DNA of 43,296 bases from an uncultured Bdellovibrio sp. (GTDB lineage: Bacteria > Bdellovibrionota > Bdellovibrionia > Bdellovibrionales > Bdellovibrionaceae), in the NCBI GenBank assembly GCA_963932905.1, contig CAWVRN010000033.1:1-43296 (forward strand), written 5' to 3'. Made by a program: the position numbers and the translations under genes. The notes beneath the pieces were generated by a model. It ran no database searches, was not told where the DNA came from, and saw only the letters and a list, made by a program, of their open reading frames with translations. Shown one piece after another: positions 8,901-18,246 of this stretch. The first letter of the stretch is position 1; each line of letters starts with the position of its first letter.

Positions 8901-11900
8901 CAAACTTTGGCCAAATCTCAACCCCTGATCCGACACAAGGTATTCCACTTCGAAATGTGGTTTCTTATGCAGTTGAATTAAAAGACCCGATTACAAACAA
9001 ATATATAGAATCAGGTCTTTACCCATCTCTTGCTCGGTACGAAATTCAATTGAAAAACATTTCAGTCAAGACCGTTCAAAACATTTCATCAGTATCTGGT
9101 AGATATGATTCATCGTATATCCCAGTTAATAAAAGGGAATTTAGCCAATATATCAATGATCAAAAAACAACGCTTGAAACTCAAGTCTTAGCTGATTTTT
9201 TAGAGAAAGACGTTTCCGCCAACGTGATCGTACAAAACAAGGTCGAGTCAGCTTCGGGACGCGGATGGAAAATCGGAGGCTATCAGCAAATTTTAAATCC
9301 TTCAGCGCGAAGTATAGTAATAGAAGAGGCAAATGGTTCTGTATCATCCTATGAAATGAGTAATATCATATCCACAGTTTACAAATCTAATAATCCTTCA
9401 ATTAAAATGGATCAGTCATTAGATTTTTCTCAATGGCCAAAGATCACAACAAGTTATGTTGCTAGTGATGGCAAATACTATTTGGGGGAATTAGACCTAG
9501 CTCAGCCTTCACCGAGCCTGGCTGGCCTTTTTGAAATACCAACTTTAACCGGACAGCTAGGCAATCAAGGAACATACAAATGTATGGAGTCTCTTTATGC
9601 TGGAGTATTTTCAACAACAAATCACGCCTACCGCTTTCAGCCAAAAATTTTCGGTTTAAAAAAGTCAGGATCAGGAAAATGGATAGCATCAGATAGTCGA
9701 TCACATAGAGTTATCGAAATTAGTTCTTCCACTAGAGATATCGCTGGCTACAGGTCCGACATTGAAAGTGTTTTAAATCTAAATTACAGCATCGAACGGA
9801 TAGACGCCAATTTAGACGGCGTAAATCAAACGTGCCAAAGCATTTTTGGCGGCAATTGCGGCGATCCAGTTGTAGCGCAGTCAAACTTATCTTGCTCATG
9901 GGCGCAACCACCTATATGTCAACCCGGTCAAATTTGTAAACCAACTCCTGCTCCAAAATTTATTTCTAGCACGGGGGATGGGTACTTAGCTTTATATGAA
10001 GGAGATGGCGTAGCCAACGTGGCCGCTAATTCGATTGGATTAAACTCTCCGCAGGGAGTTATAGTTGATACGTCTCAGAATGTTTATATCGCTGACTTTG
10101 GAAACAATAGAGTTCGCAAAATTGACTCTCAAACGGGAAGTATTTCAACAATCGCAGGTAATGGAGGAAATTTAAACTTTCCAGAAAATCCTGGTTCACC
10201 TTTAGATGTTTCAATTTATCATCCAAAACAACTGCTATTGAGCTCCACTAATGATCTGTTTATCTCATCAGAAAAAGGTTTTATTTTAAAGTTATCCTCT
10301 TCAGGTGTGATTCAAAAAATCGCGGGATTGCCTGTTGATCTTGGCGGTGTTTATGCGAATCAATCTAACTCGCTAGTCATGGCGATGAATAATCCTAGCG
10401 GAATGGCTCTCGACGAATCTAAAAATTATCTTTATATCGCAGATACTGGATACCACCGAGTAATAAGAGTCGATTTAAATAATCAGCAAGCCGATGTCAT
10501 TGGTGGCACAGGTTCATGTAACTTACAGGTAAGTGGTGATGGGTTCGCGGCAATGAATGCATCGATTTGCGGTCCAACCCAACTCTATTTAGATAGTGAT
10601 AAAAATCTAATTGTTCAAGAATCTGGACGCGGAGCAATTAGGAAAATTCAGTTTTCTGAAGGCAATGCAAATCAAGAGCTAGGTTTTATTGCAAATAACA
10701 AAGACTCCTCAACTCTTGTTAAAAAAGTTGATGGAACTTGGGTGAGAAACAATCGAGATGGCTCGAAAATATATTTTAATATAAACGGTCTTCAGACATC
10801 ACAAGTAGATATGATCGGTCGTGCCAATAACTACCTCTACGACTCTAATAGTCGGTTAGAAAAAATCGAATTCTTTACCGGACAATATTTAAACTATAGT
10901 TACTCTGGAAGTCTTTTATCCTCGATTTCAGATTCTTCAAATAGAACAACGTCTTTTTTCTATTTAGATGGAAAATTGAGCCGAGTACATTTACCTGATG
11001 GGTCAGAGAAAAGCTATAGCTACAACGACAAAGGTATGATGCTTTCAGAGCAGAATCAGTTAGGTCAAAACTTAAAAATCGAATATCTGGAAAACAACCG
11101 TATTTCAAAAATAAAACTACCTGACAATACAGAAGTTCAATTTGGTGATGCTGTCTCTAAATCCACGGTAACTGGCAATGATAATTCTCTTTTGAATGGC
11201 ATCGGTGTTGACCCGAGCCAAAATAATTCCAGTATTGTCGATGCAAAAGGTGGAAAAACGGTTTTAGTTTCAGACATCAATGGATTCACTTCTTTAGTTT
11301 CAAATGCAATGGGAGCGCAAACGACTATTAATCGCGACTTTGAAGGTAATCCCCTGGCCATTTTCAAACCGTCAGGATATGCGATGCATTTCACTTACGA
11401 TTCCCAAACAAGAGACGTTCTGTCGACAAGCGAATTCTATCATCTGGACGCATTTCCGATAATAACAAAGTATAAATATAACAGTAGGGGACAGGTCTTA
11501 ACAGAAACGCAATCAGTTCAATCTACACCTGATCAGGTAGTTTCTAAGGAATACAGCCCCGAAGGGCTGCTTCAAAAAGTGATGTCCCCAAACGGAAGCC
11601 GAGTTGAAATGACTTACGACTCCGGCGGCTTTTTGAAATCGAAAACGGTTTTTCCATCTAGTTCCGGGACTGGTTTGACCACCACTTATATTCGCAATCA
11701 AAAAGGATGGGTCACTCGACTTGTTGGTCCGGACTCAAAAGAGGTTAATTTTACCCATGATCTTTCTGGGAATGTAATTGAAAAAATTGAAAATGTCGCC
11801 TTAGGAGTAACTGCCATTACGAAATACAATTATGATTTAAATAATCGATTGATTCAAATCACGACTCCGAAAAGTGAGGTAACAAAATACAATTATGACG

Positions 11901-14080
11901 AACTTGGCAATCTGGTTTCCATTTTAGATCCAAAAAATAGAATGACTAGTTTTGAATATAACTCAAGAAACTGGCCATTGAAGAAGACCGATGCCTTCGG
12001 CGCCATAACGGAAATGAACTATGATAGCAACGGAAATATGGTCTATGTTAAAGATCCAAATGGACATGTCCAATCTATGGAATACAATTTAGTTAATGAT
12101 ATAACAAAGGTTTATCTTCCAGACGATACAATTAACTATGCATATGACATTCCTGGAGATAAGCCAGTTTCAATTAGCAATAAGAATTCAAAAATTTCCT
12201 ACTTTAGGAACTTGAAAGGCCAAAATTTATACGAATCTATTACCGGCGCTGGAGAGTTAAGTAACTACCCAGAGTTTTCGATTTCTTCGGATTATAATCC
12301 GAGAGGCTTACTGTCAGAGCAACAAACAACAATAGGTAACTTTCAATATAATTATGACGAACTTAATCGCCTAACTAGCATGAACGCGAATTCTAAAAAT
12401 TTTAATTTTAGGTATGACGATGCCTCTAGGCTATCAGAGTTTTCTAGTGGCCCAATCAGAACAGTTCTGAGCTACCAAGATCAGAAGTTGAATAAAATTC
12501 TTTATTTAAAATCAGACGTTACTATAGCCGAACATGAGTATAGTTATAATTTGCGTAATTACCCTTCGCAAAAGAGAAACTTAGCAAGTGTCACTGATTA
12601 CTCGTACGATTCAAATGGGCAGTTGACTCAAGCAAGTGGCGCTACAAATGAAGCCTTTACTTACGACAATATCGGAAATCGGTTAAGCGATAATTCTAGA
12701 TCTTATGAATACGACATTACAGGACAAAGACTAAACCAAGACACGTTTTTCACTTACCAATATGACAATAATGGTAATCTTATAAATAAAATTTCTAGAG
12801 ATGGATTAAAAGAATCCCATCACTATGAATACTCTAGTATGAACCAGTTGATAAAAGTTCAAGTTATGAGTGGTTCAATTGGATCGCTCTCTACGATTAA
12901 GGAGGTCCAGTACGCATATGATGTGTTGGGTAGGCGAATGCAAAAAGAAGTTAAGGACTTCATTAACTCAAAAGCCTATACAAGAAAATTTGCTTACAAT
13001 GGATCTAGTATTATAGCAGAATTTGATAGCGGCAATGCCTTACTGGCAAAATATACTCATTCGCCACTTTCTGCCGATGATCTACTTTCAGTAGATATTA
13101 CTACTCAGGGTGTCGCTGCCAATTTAGGTAGTTTTGTAGGAACATATTATTATTTAAAAGATAATTTAAACTCTGTTTCTGAAATTACGGATTCGAATGG
13201 CAATATTGTTCAGAAATTTGAATATTCGAGTTACGGCGAGATTAGTAAAATTAAAGACTCCGGCGAGAATTTATTAACTTTTAATCAAGCGCCCATTAGA
13301 ACAAGTTTTACATTTACAGGAAGAGAATTTGACTCCGAAACAGGGTTATATTTTTACCGCGCACGCTACTATGATGCGAGCTCTGGTAGATTTTTACAAC
13401 AAGACCCTAATGCTGGATATTTGTCTCACTCCTTAACCATTGTAAATAAATATCTCTATGCAGTTAACAACCCGATCTCATTTTCTGATCCAAGCGGCAG
13501 AGACATATGGGATGAACTAGGTAAAGGTCTTTCAATTGCTGCAGGGGTTGCCGTTGCGTTCTACGCCGGTGCTTACATTGCTGCATACCTCGGAATTTCA
13601 GGTGTAACCGGCGCAATCGTAGGGGCTTTTACCGGAGCTTTGGTTGGTGGTACGACTACAGCAATTGGTTATTCATTGTCACACGCTAATCCTAATGAAG
13701 GATTCAGGATTGGAGCGTCTGCAGGCCTTTTTTCTGGCGGCGCTGGTGGTTTCCTGGGCAGCAGTGTTGTAAGTGCGGGTAAAGCTTATTCAATCACATC
13801 AGACCAAGTTTACTCATTTGTAAAAAGTCAGGCATCCAGTGCGGCTTCAGGATTTCAGGGAGGATCGGAATTGGTAAACGCAGGAGCTAAGTACTATGCA
13901 CTTGATGGTTGGCCAATTTGGTCGACTATGGCAAGCTATGCAAATGCAGTGTTGCCTTACGCGGTGGCGACTGGTGAAGCCGCAGCGATTGGATATTTGG
14001 ATAAATGTACGGGAGCTCGTGATTGTTCAGAGCTAAATGCGCTAATACCTAACTCCCGCTCTCAAACTTGGAAATGGTAA
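5909..14080 (+). CDS. Secreted teneurin-like Rhs/YD-repeat polymorphic toxin
   Basis: Sec signal peptide; Ig-like repeats (DTTAPTI, DNTAPAI, ATDLAGN, ~6390-7440); carboxypeptidase-regulatory-like domain (~7700-7980); ZU5-like domain ending in HFS (8378-8386); NHL repeats (LNSPQGVIVD..VYIADFGNNRVRKID, ~10040-10655); YD repeats; Rhs core FTGREFDSETGLYFYRARYYD...NPISFSDPSG (ends 13498); Gly/Ala-rich hydrophobic C-terminal tip. Confidence 0.93.
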   Translation: MYRLTAIAILLYAQFVLAQNTADQVSVFPDKTYRGSFKSVNQATETVSVTSDAIKNDFIIKLKNADGQNHENVVCTGGLFQKLSCGLKNLANLLYRELVRVEYAEITWNGKKVVDASTFNRNVAAVSISVKPELSNSLVIKYKGLPTSSLTLGIYRTSSPKDTTAPTILTQLRSSTFTNQKSVAVEIQDISNVTSTVSINGAVVKSSTAKSFTFDLVNGNNNIEIKSQDQFNNTASPVLISNVVLDQTNPSIALSSNASIYVNSLPKTLAVQLISNESLKSLLVNSNQVSLDESGKIGLYNLSILQSGANSVAVQATDLAGNVSNQNLSLSVILDNTAPAISFGIAEGTLTNQSLIVIPVKITEANDVHSIIKVNGVDVLRTGAKEFDFEASLLLEGENQVQVESTDIAGNTTNSAVLKVYKDTVAPILSLTSPSSGQILQDIQFVVAGSFNEPVSSFKINGKDVLLSADKKSFSIYYLTQFEGVQEIAFSAEDLVGNKSEKTVSIEIHSPLLVPELISLTQLDNKVIIHGAQQASRPGLTIKASEGFLSFNTDESVVNADGSFTLSLTPFQTATVSVEDPRVNQKSATAVHFSGTTRLSGIIRDINDVAIPNVTVSLSGTSFQTVTNGQGAFSFELDISGDQTLNFDGSTVPASFTGPNRYFSKSSMSINLGYAQQNTLERPVYLTPVLLDGTQTQITSNQPATVSSSHAPGVQISIPASSTVFPSGGGQGSINVMTIPSEKVTVPVPESAVPKEVVSLEPSGLKFNKRVDLTLPNAYDLKANTDVVIFSMNSAKGAWEIDGIAKVSSDGQSIKTIPNQGISHFSIVYAVPLMPTLTSVVDSNLRAIDSSKDSFETSIQLPSFKIGDDSVSPSLVYKSNWANPTAFVSNYIELPEKHVSYSIKGSTQSNTYTSVYVGETCSLFKCWDRYADFYLNTFYSNSTNLFSAYVPTGIKSQFFISSLKSSDAITGNISSDYSLVTSELFSDGERQGIMSKPSNFGQISTPDPTQGIPLRNVVSYAVELKDPITNKYIESGLYPSLARYEIQLKNISVKTVQNISSVSGRYDSSYIPVNKREFSQYINDQKTTLETQVLADFLEKDVSANVIVQNKVESASGRGWKIGGYQQILNPSARSIVIEEANGSVSSYEMSNIISTVYKSNNPSIKMDQSLDFSQWPKITTSYVASDGKYYLGELDLAQPSPSLAGLFEIPTLTGQLGNQGTYKCMESLYAGVFSTTNHAYRFQPKIFGLKKSGSGKWIASDSRSHRVIEISSSTRDIAGYRSDIESVLNLNYSIERIDANLDGVNQTCQSIFGGNCGDPVVAQSNLSCSWAQPPICQPGQICKPTPAPKFISSTGDGYLALYEGDGVANVAANSIGLNSPQGVIVDTSQNVYIADFGNNRVRKIDSQTGSISTIAGNGGNLNFPENPGSPLDVSIYHPKQLLLSSTNDLFISSEKGFILKLSSSGVIQKIAGLPVDLGGVYANQSNSLVMAMNNPSGMALDESKNYLYIADTGYHRVIRVDLNNQQADVIGGTGSCNLQVSGDGFAAMNASICGPTQLYLDSDKNLIVQESGRGAIRKIQFSEGNANQELGFIANNKDSSTLVKKVDGTWVRNNRDGSKIYFNINGLQTSQVDMIGRANNYLYDSNSRLEKIEFFTGQYLNYSYSGSLLSSISDSSNRTTSFFYLDGKLSRVHLPDGSEKSYSYNDKGMMLSEQNQLGQNLKIEYLENNRISKIKLPDNTEVQFGDAVSKSTVTGNDNSLLNGIGVDPSQNNSSIVDAKGGKTVLVSDINGFTSLVSNAMGAQTTINRDFEGNPLAIFKPSGYAMHFTYDSQTRDVLSTSEFYHLDAFPIITKYKYNSRGQVLTETQSVQSTPDQVVSKEYSPEGLLQKVMSPNGSRVEMTYDSGGFLKSKTVFPSSSGTGLTTTYIRNQKGWVTRLVGPDSKEVNFTHDLSGNVIEKIENVALGVTAITKYNYDLNNRLIQITTPKSEVTKYNYDELGNLVSILDPKNRMTSFEYNSRNWPLKKTDAFGAITEMNYDSNGNMVYVKDPNGHVQSMEYNLVNDITKVYLPDDTINYAYDIPGDKPVSISNKNSKISYFRNLKGQNLYESITGAGELSNYPEFSISSDYNPRGLLSEQQTTIGNFQYNYDELNRLTSMNANSKNFNFRYDDASRLSEFSSGPIRTVLSYQDQKLNKILYLKSDVTIAEHEYSYNLRNYPSQKRNLASVTDYSYDSNGQLTQASGATNEAFTYDNIGNRLSDNSRSYEYDITGQRLNQDTFFTYQYDNNGNLINKISRDGLKESHHYEYSSMNQLIKVQVMSGSIGSLSTIKEVQYAYDVLGRRMQKEVKDFINSKAYTRKFAYNGSSIIAEFDSGNALLAKYTHSPLSADDLLSVDITTQGVAANLGSFVGTYYYLKDNLNSVSEITDSNGNIVQKFEYSSYGEISKIKDSGENLLTFNQAPIRTSFTFTGREFDSETGLYFYRARYYDASSGRFLQQDPNAGYLSHSLTIVNKYLYAVNNPISFSDPSGRDIWDELGKGLSIAAGVAVAFYAGAYIAAYLGISGVTGAIVGAFTGALVGGTTTAIGYSLSHANPNEGFRIGASAGLFSGGAGGFLGSSVVSAGKAYSITSDQVYSFVKSQASSAASGFQGGSELVNAGAKYYALDGWPIWSTMASYANAVLPYAVATGEAAAIGYLDKCTGARDCSELNALIPNSRSQTWKW

Positions 14081-14409
14081 TGAATAAAATATTTGCGCTG
14101 ATCTTGTCGATGCTGCTGGCCGGTTGCGGAACAACCAGTCACCTTAAAATCCTCCGAAGTAGCGGAGCATTTAGGGAGGAGCCTTCAACTGAAATCGGCT
14201 ATGATTTTAAAATGTTCATAAAAAACACCACCGATATTGGCTGGAACGGTGATAATCGGGAAGACAGAGAAAAAGTGGTAAATTTTGTATTTGAAAATCG
14301 ATGTAAAAAAAGTGAAATACTAGAAGACTTACCCTTACAAACCGGCACTTATGCGTTGAACAGGCCTGCCATTACCTGGATTATGAAAATAAAATGCATA
14401 AAAGATTAG
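14080..14409 (+). CDS. Lipoprotein, putative cognate immunity protein
   Basis: TAATG stop/start overlap with the toxin gene; lipobox LAGC. Immunity role inferred from position. Confidence 0.75.
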   Translation: MNKIFALILSMLLAGCGTTSHLKILRSSGAFREEPSTEIGYDFKMFIKNTTDIGWNGDNREDREKVVNFVFENRCKKSEILEDLPLQTGTYALNRPAITWIMKIKCIKD

Positions 14410-14738
14410 TGTGGATAAAATATGTAGTTGCGATTGTGATTTTAATACTAAGTGGGTGTGCAAGTGTTCGCTTGCGAATTCTTGAAAATAGTGGGGCCAT
14501 AAGAACTGATTTCTCAAAAGATTCTGATTATGACTATGTAGTGATTATGGAAGGCATTACTCACTTGGGCTGGGATGGAAACAATCGAGACGATCGCCGT
14601 GACGCTTTAATTGTGATGTTCGGTGATCGTTGCAAACAGCTGAAAATCGGAGATGAGGTATCAGCGCAGATTGGTTCTGAAAAAAATGGACAACCTATAG
14701 ATACTTGGGCAATGAAAGTAAAATGTGTTAACCCTTAA
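14409..14738 (+). CDS. Lipoprotein, paralog of the preceding putative immunity protein
   Basis: TAGTG overlap; lipobox LSGC. Shares GW.G.NR.DR, RCK and W.MK.KC with the previous gene. ORF open from 14394. Confidence 0.75.
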   Translation: MWIKYVVAIVILILSGCASVRLRILENSGAIRTDFSKDSDYDYVVIMEGITHLGWDGNNRDDRRDALIVMFGDRCKQLKIGDEVSAQIGSEKNGQPIDTWAMKVKCVNP

Positions 14739-15827
14739 GTGTACCACTACGAGTATTCAAGTCTTAATCAACTAGTAAAGGTGCAAGTGATGAGTGGCTC
14801 AATCGGAGCACTTGCCACCCTACGTGAGATTAGCTACGCTTATGATGTGTTAGGACGTCGAATGCAGAAAAGCGTAAAGGATTTCGTGAACTCTAAAGCT
14901 TACACCAGAAAATTTGCTTACAATGGAAGTAATATCATTGCAGAGTACGATGGCAATAATGCCCTACTGGCAAAGTACACGCACTCTCCATTGTCCGCTG
15001 ATGACCTGCTTGCAGCCGAAATTTCTAGCCAGGGCGTGAGCGCTGGAGTTAGCAATCAAAGCGGAGTTTTGTATTACTTAAAGGATCATCAGAACTCGGT
15101 CACTGAAATAGCTAATGAAGCGGGGAACGTAATTCAAAAATTTGAATATTCTAGCTTTGGAGAGATTCAAAAGATTAAAGATGGCAGTGATAATGTCGTC
15201 TCATTCAATCAAGCTCCGGTAAAAACAAGTTTTACCTATTCGGCTAGGGAGTTTGAACCTGAGACTGGGCTTTATTTTTATCGTGCGCGATATTATGACT
15301 CTAGCAATGGTAGATTCTTGCAGCAAGACCTTGATCCGGGAAATCTGGAAACCCAAAACTCAATAGTTAACAAGTATACTTACGTGGGAAATATCCCGAC
15401 AATGTATTCCGACCCATCTGGAAAGGTCGCTCAGTTTCTTGTTTATGCATTCATAGCAGCGGTTATTTCCACTGCTATTCAGGTAACATTCAGTGAAGAC
15501 AAAAGAAAAAATCCGTTTGAAACCTTTGTCTCTAATTTTGCGATGGCACTTATTTTTGCTGGTGCCGGAGACCTTTTATTTGGGGCTGAGTATATTATGA
15601 CTGTCGAGTCATATAGCTTTTCATATGCAATGAGATCGGCAGTTCAAAGTGGAGCAAATAATGCAGCAACAGCTCTTGCCTTTGAAACTATTCATAATAG
15701 TACAGGAGTTCCGGTTCAAGAGATGTCGTTTATTTTTGGTTTTCTGTACGCTCCAGATTTCGCAAAAACGGACAATGGCAATGGACTTTACAACTTTTTT
15801 AGTCCTCCTAAAGAAGTCTATTTTTAA
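14739..15827 (+). CDS. Orphan Rhs core plus alternative C-terminal tip (5'-truncated)
   Basis: 14742-15422 is colinear with 12818-13498 of the main gene (YHYEYSSLNQLVKVQVMSGSIG ... DPSG), followed by an unrelated hydrophobic tip. The GTG directly abuts the previous stop with no RBS. Confidence 0.88.
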   Translation: MYHYEYSSLNQLVKVQVMSGSIGALATLREISYAYDVLGRRMQKSVKDFVNSKAYTRKFAYNGSNIIAEYDGNNALLAKYTHSPLSADDLLAAEISSQGVSAGVSNQSGVLYYLKDHQNSVTEIANEAGNVIQKFEYSSFGEIQKIKDGSDNVVSFNQAPVKTSFTYSAREFEPETGLYFYRARYYDSSNGRFLQQDLDPGNLETQNSIVNKYTYVGNIPTMYSDPSGKVAQFLVYAFIAAVISTAIQVTFSEDKRKNPFETFVSNFAMALIFAGAGDLLFGAEYIMTVESYSFSYAMRSAVQSGANNAATALAFETIHNSTGVPVQEMSFIFGFLYAPDFAKTDNGNGLYNFFSPPKEVYF

Positions 15828-15842
15828 AATTTGGAGATTTTA

Positions 15843-16265
15843 GTGAAATTAAAATTATTTCTTCTTTTTTCATATGTAAGCATCAGTACCATTAGTTGCA
15901 CCTATGGTATTGGAAATTTAATTTCCAACTCTGCTACTGATAAGAAAATTGTTGTCGTCGAACAAATCGACACGTGTATGTTTTTAACTAAAATTAAAAC
16001 GCAATTCGCTCCATTTTCAAAAAAATATAACGATGCGCCAATTGCGGCAGTTTCTCAACTTAAGGGACTATTTAGCCCAAATAATATAAAAGGAAACGCC
16101 CTTTTCAACATTCGAATGACCGAACAAGATTTTCCGCTTGCTGAAGCAGAAGTATATAAATGTCCTGATGAGATTTTTCAAAAATATAAACCTCTTCAAA
16201 TGGATAAGGAATATATTTTATCTCAAATTAAATTCGACCTCAAAGAAGATGAGAAATCAAAGTGA
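15843..16265 (+). CDS. Lipoprotein (DUF4156-like), putative immunity for the orphan tip
   Basis: GGAG RBS plus GTG; lipobox-like TISC; DTCMFLTKI...AEVYKCP pattern; directly downstream of the orphan tip. Confidence 0.6.
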   Translation: MKLKLFLLFSYVSISTISCTYGIGNLISNSATDKKIVVVEQIDTCMFLTKIKTQFAPFSKKYNDAPIAAVSQLKGLFSPNNIKGNALFNIRMTEQDFPLAEAEVYKCPDEIFQKYKPLQMDKEYILSQIKFDLKEDEKSK

Positions 16266-16364
16266 ATTCACCACTCTAGGATGTCGCTTAGCAAAAGGAT
16301 CGGAATATCTGTTTAGCGGGTCTTTATTGGTTAACAGCTTAACGAAGCCTACTGTCGAGGAAAA

Positions 16365-16988
16365 ATGATTAATACCCTTATATTTATACTAATTGTCACA
16401 TCGTTCTTAAGCGGCTGTGTCGTAATAGCAAAAAAAAGTTTTGACGAAATTATTCAGAAGCCGTTAGCCACGCAATCTTGCCGGCCAACAGCCGCTAAGC
16501 TGACATTCTACGAAGAGTTTAGACATGGATACACAACGAAATTGTATATACACCCAAGAGAGAGAAGACCGCAGGACATCGTTTGGGCGTCTGATTTCAT
16601 AAATGATGAAATCATCAGAACTGGCTATTTTACCACTGGTTTGGAATCGCCGAACTATTTAATTGAGTTTCAAACATACTACTCGGCACAGGCAAACTTC
16701 ATAGAGCAAACTTGGTTTTGGTCAACAATTGTAACTCTCGGAATTATACCAAGTTGGGGGCACGGAAGTATCCAAATAAAAGCAATCGTAAAAGATCCTT
16801 TTGGAAAAATTCTTGAAGAGTTCAAATCGCATGAAGCTGAATTTCATACAATCAACTGGTTGATATTAGCTCCGTTCAATATTGGAAATAAAAATACAAA
16901 CAAAGAAATGGTACAAAAAATTTCTCCAAAGTTGACAGATGAAATCTTGAAAAAAATGATTGCGGCGCATATAATTTGCGACCGCTAA
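16365..16988 (+). CDS. Lipoprotein, TLGIIP-motif family
   Basis: Lipobox LSGC; WSTIVTLGIIPSWG and INWLILAPF hydrophobic motifs. Confidence 0.8.
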   Translation: MINTLIFILIVTSFLSGCVVIAKKSFDEIIQKPLATQSCRPTAAKLTFYEEFRHGYTTKLYIHPRERRPQDIVWASDFINDEIIRTGYFTTGLESPNYLIEFQTYYSAQANFIEQTWFWSTIVTLGIIPSWGHGSIQIKAIVKDPFGKILEEFKSHEAEFHTINWLILAPFNIGNKNTNKEMVQKISPKLTDEILKKMIAAHIICDR

Positions 16989-17023
16989 AGCCATATACAA
17001 GAAATTTAGTATCGAGTAATTAA

Positions 17024-17650
17024 ATGAAGAAATGGACATTAACATCAATAATTGCGACTATCTTTATTCAAGGATGCGTGGTCATTCCTAAGCACGATAA
17101 TGTTATAAAAGAAAATATAGAAACGTCTTCAGAACGTTGTGAAAAAGTGGGAATAAAGGCAACATTTAATAAACATGTATATTCAGATTTTACAGCAGAA
17201 GTACCTATAGATGTAAATGAAAGATGGAGAGGCTCTAGAAATCCTTCACTTTACATTATAGATGAATTGAAAAAAAGTGCCTTTATAGATTACCCTCCAT
17301 CTGAGACTAATTCTCAAAAGTATTTTATTATCTTTAAAATTGTAAGTAGACATTATAAAAATATTTTCCAAAGAACAACCCTCTGGGTTTCTGATTTAAC
17401 ATTGGGTATTCTTCCTGGTTGGGGCGATGGAGAATACTATTTAATTGCCGAAATGCAGGATAACTATGGGAATAAAATCACCGAGTATACTTCAACTATT
17501 GCAAATTTCGACTACTACCATGGTCTATTGTTTCTTCCGATTAACTACTATGAACATACAGGCGCCTACATCGACGAGAAATATCTTCCCCAATTCACAC
17601 GCGAAATAATTGGAAAAATGATAAAAGCCAAATTAATAAAATGTAAATGA
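17024..17650 (+). CDS. Lipoprotein, TLGIIP-motif family
   Basis: Lipobox IQGC; WVSDLTLGILPGWG and YHGLLFLPI. Clear paralog of the previous gene. Confidence 0.8.
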   Translation: MKKWTLTSIIATIFIQGCVVIPKHDNVIKENIETSSERCEKVGIKATFNKHVYSDFTAEVPIDVNERWRGSRNPSLYIIDELKKSAFIDYPPSETNSQKYFIIFKIVSRHYKNIFQRTTLWVSDLTLGILPGWGDGEYYLIAEMQDNYGNKITEYTSTIANFDYYHGLLFLPINYYEHTGAYIDEKYLPQFTREIIGKMIKAKLIKCK

Positions 17651-17738
17651 ATATTATTGAATATGCTTTCAGATCTCGACAACAACGTATATGCTTAAAA
17701 ATATTTGATCGATATTTGTATCATTTCTCGAGGTGTAA

Positions 17739-18206
17739 ATGGACATTAGATTGCTCACCAAAGCCCTACTACATCTATTTTGTTTTGGCTTTATTCAAAG
17801 CGGGTGCACCTCTTTTGCACATAGTCCCTATGCATGTGATTCCGGCAGTGAGAGGGCCGGTTTCCACCAATGGACTTATATATTTTTTGGAAATATCACT
17901 CAGGTGGGTGACTGTGCCATCTCTAAAACGCTCAAGGTAGAAATGGGTGAATACTACTACTACAACAAAGAAAAGATCGATCATGAGGTTGAAATGAAAT
18001 TTAGCGATAAAGAAGGTTATGAATTGAATCATTTGGCAAGGGCGTTCAATTGTAGTTCCGAGTCCTTTCCCCGTTTTCACAGCGAAATTATAAAAAATAA
18101 GGATGGAATTTTTGGAAAAAATTTCGACGCCTCAGCGAGGGCAGTAACTAAAGCCGTTCAACAGCTAATTGAAACTGACGAGATATTGTCAAAACTTTGT
18201 CGATAG
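17739..18206 (+). CDS. Hypothetical lipoprotein
   Basis: GAGGTG RBS; lipobox QSGC. Confidence 0.7.
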   Translation: MDIRLLTKALLHLFCFGFIQSGCTSFAHSPYACDSGSERAGFHQWTYIFFGNITQVGDCAISKTLKVEMGEYYYYNKEKIDHEVEMKFSDKEGYELNHLARAFNCSSESFPRFHSEIIKNKDGIFGKNFDASARAVTKAVQQLIETDEILSKLCR

Positions 18207-18246
18207 ACTGAATCCCGCAAGACATAAAATACGCCTGGTTCGCCAA

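Noticed and set aside
6190..11701. Several short ORFs within the Rhs gene
   Set aside because: Antisense or alternate-frame shadows of a clearly coding 2723-aa gene, with no motifs.
5909..15827. T6SS-delivered Rhs or Tc-toxin
   Set aside because: No PAAR, VgrG, EagR/DUF1795 or TcA/TcB motifs; a Sec signal peptide is present instead.
17647..18080. ORFs 17647-17940 (+) and 17775-18080 (-)
   Set aside because: They overlap the 17739-18206 lipoprotein, which has an RBS and lipobox.
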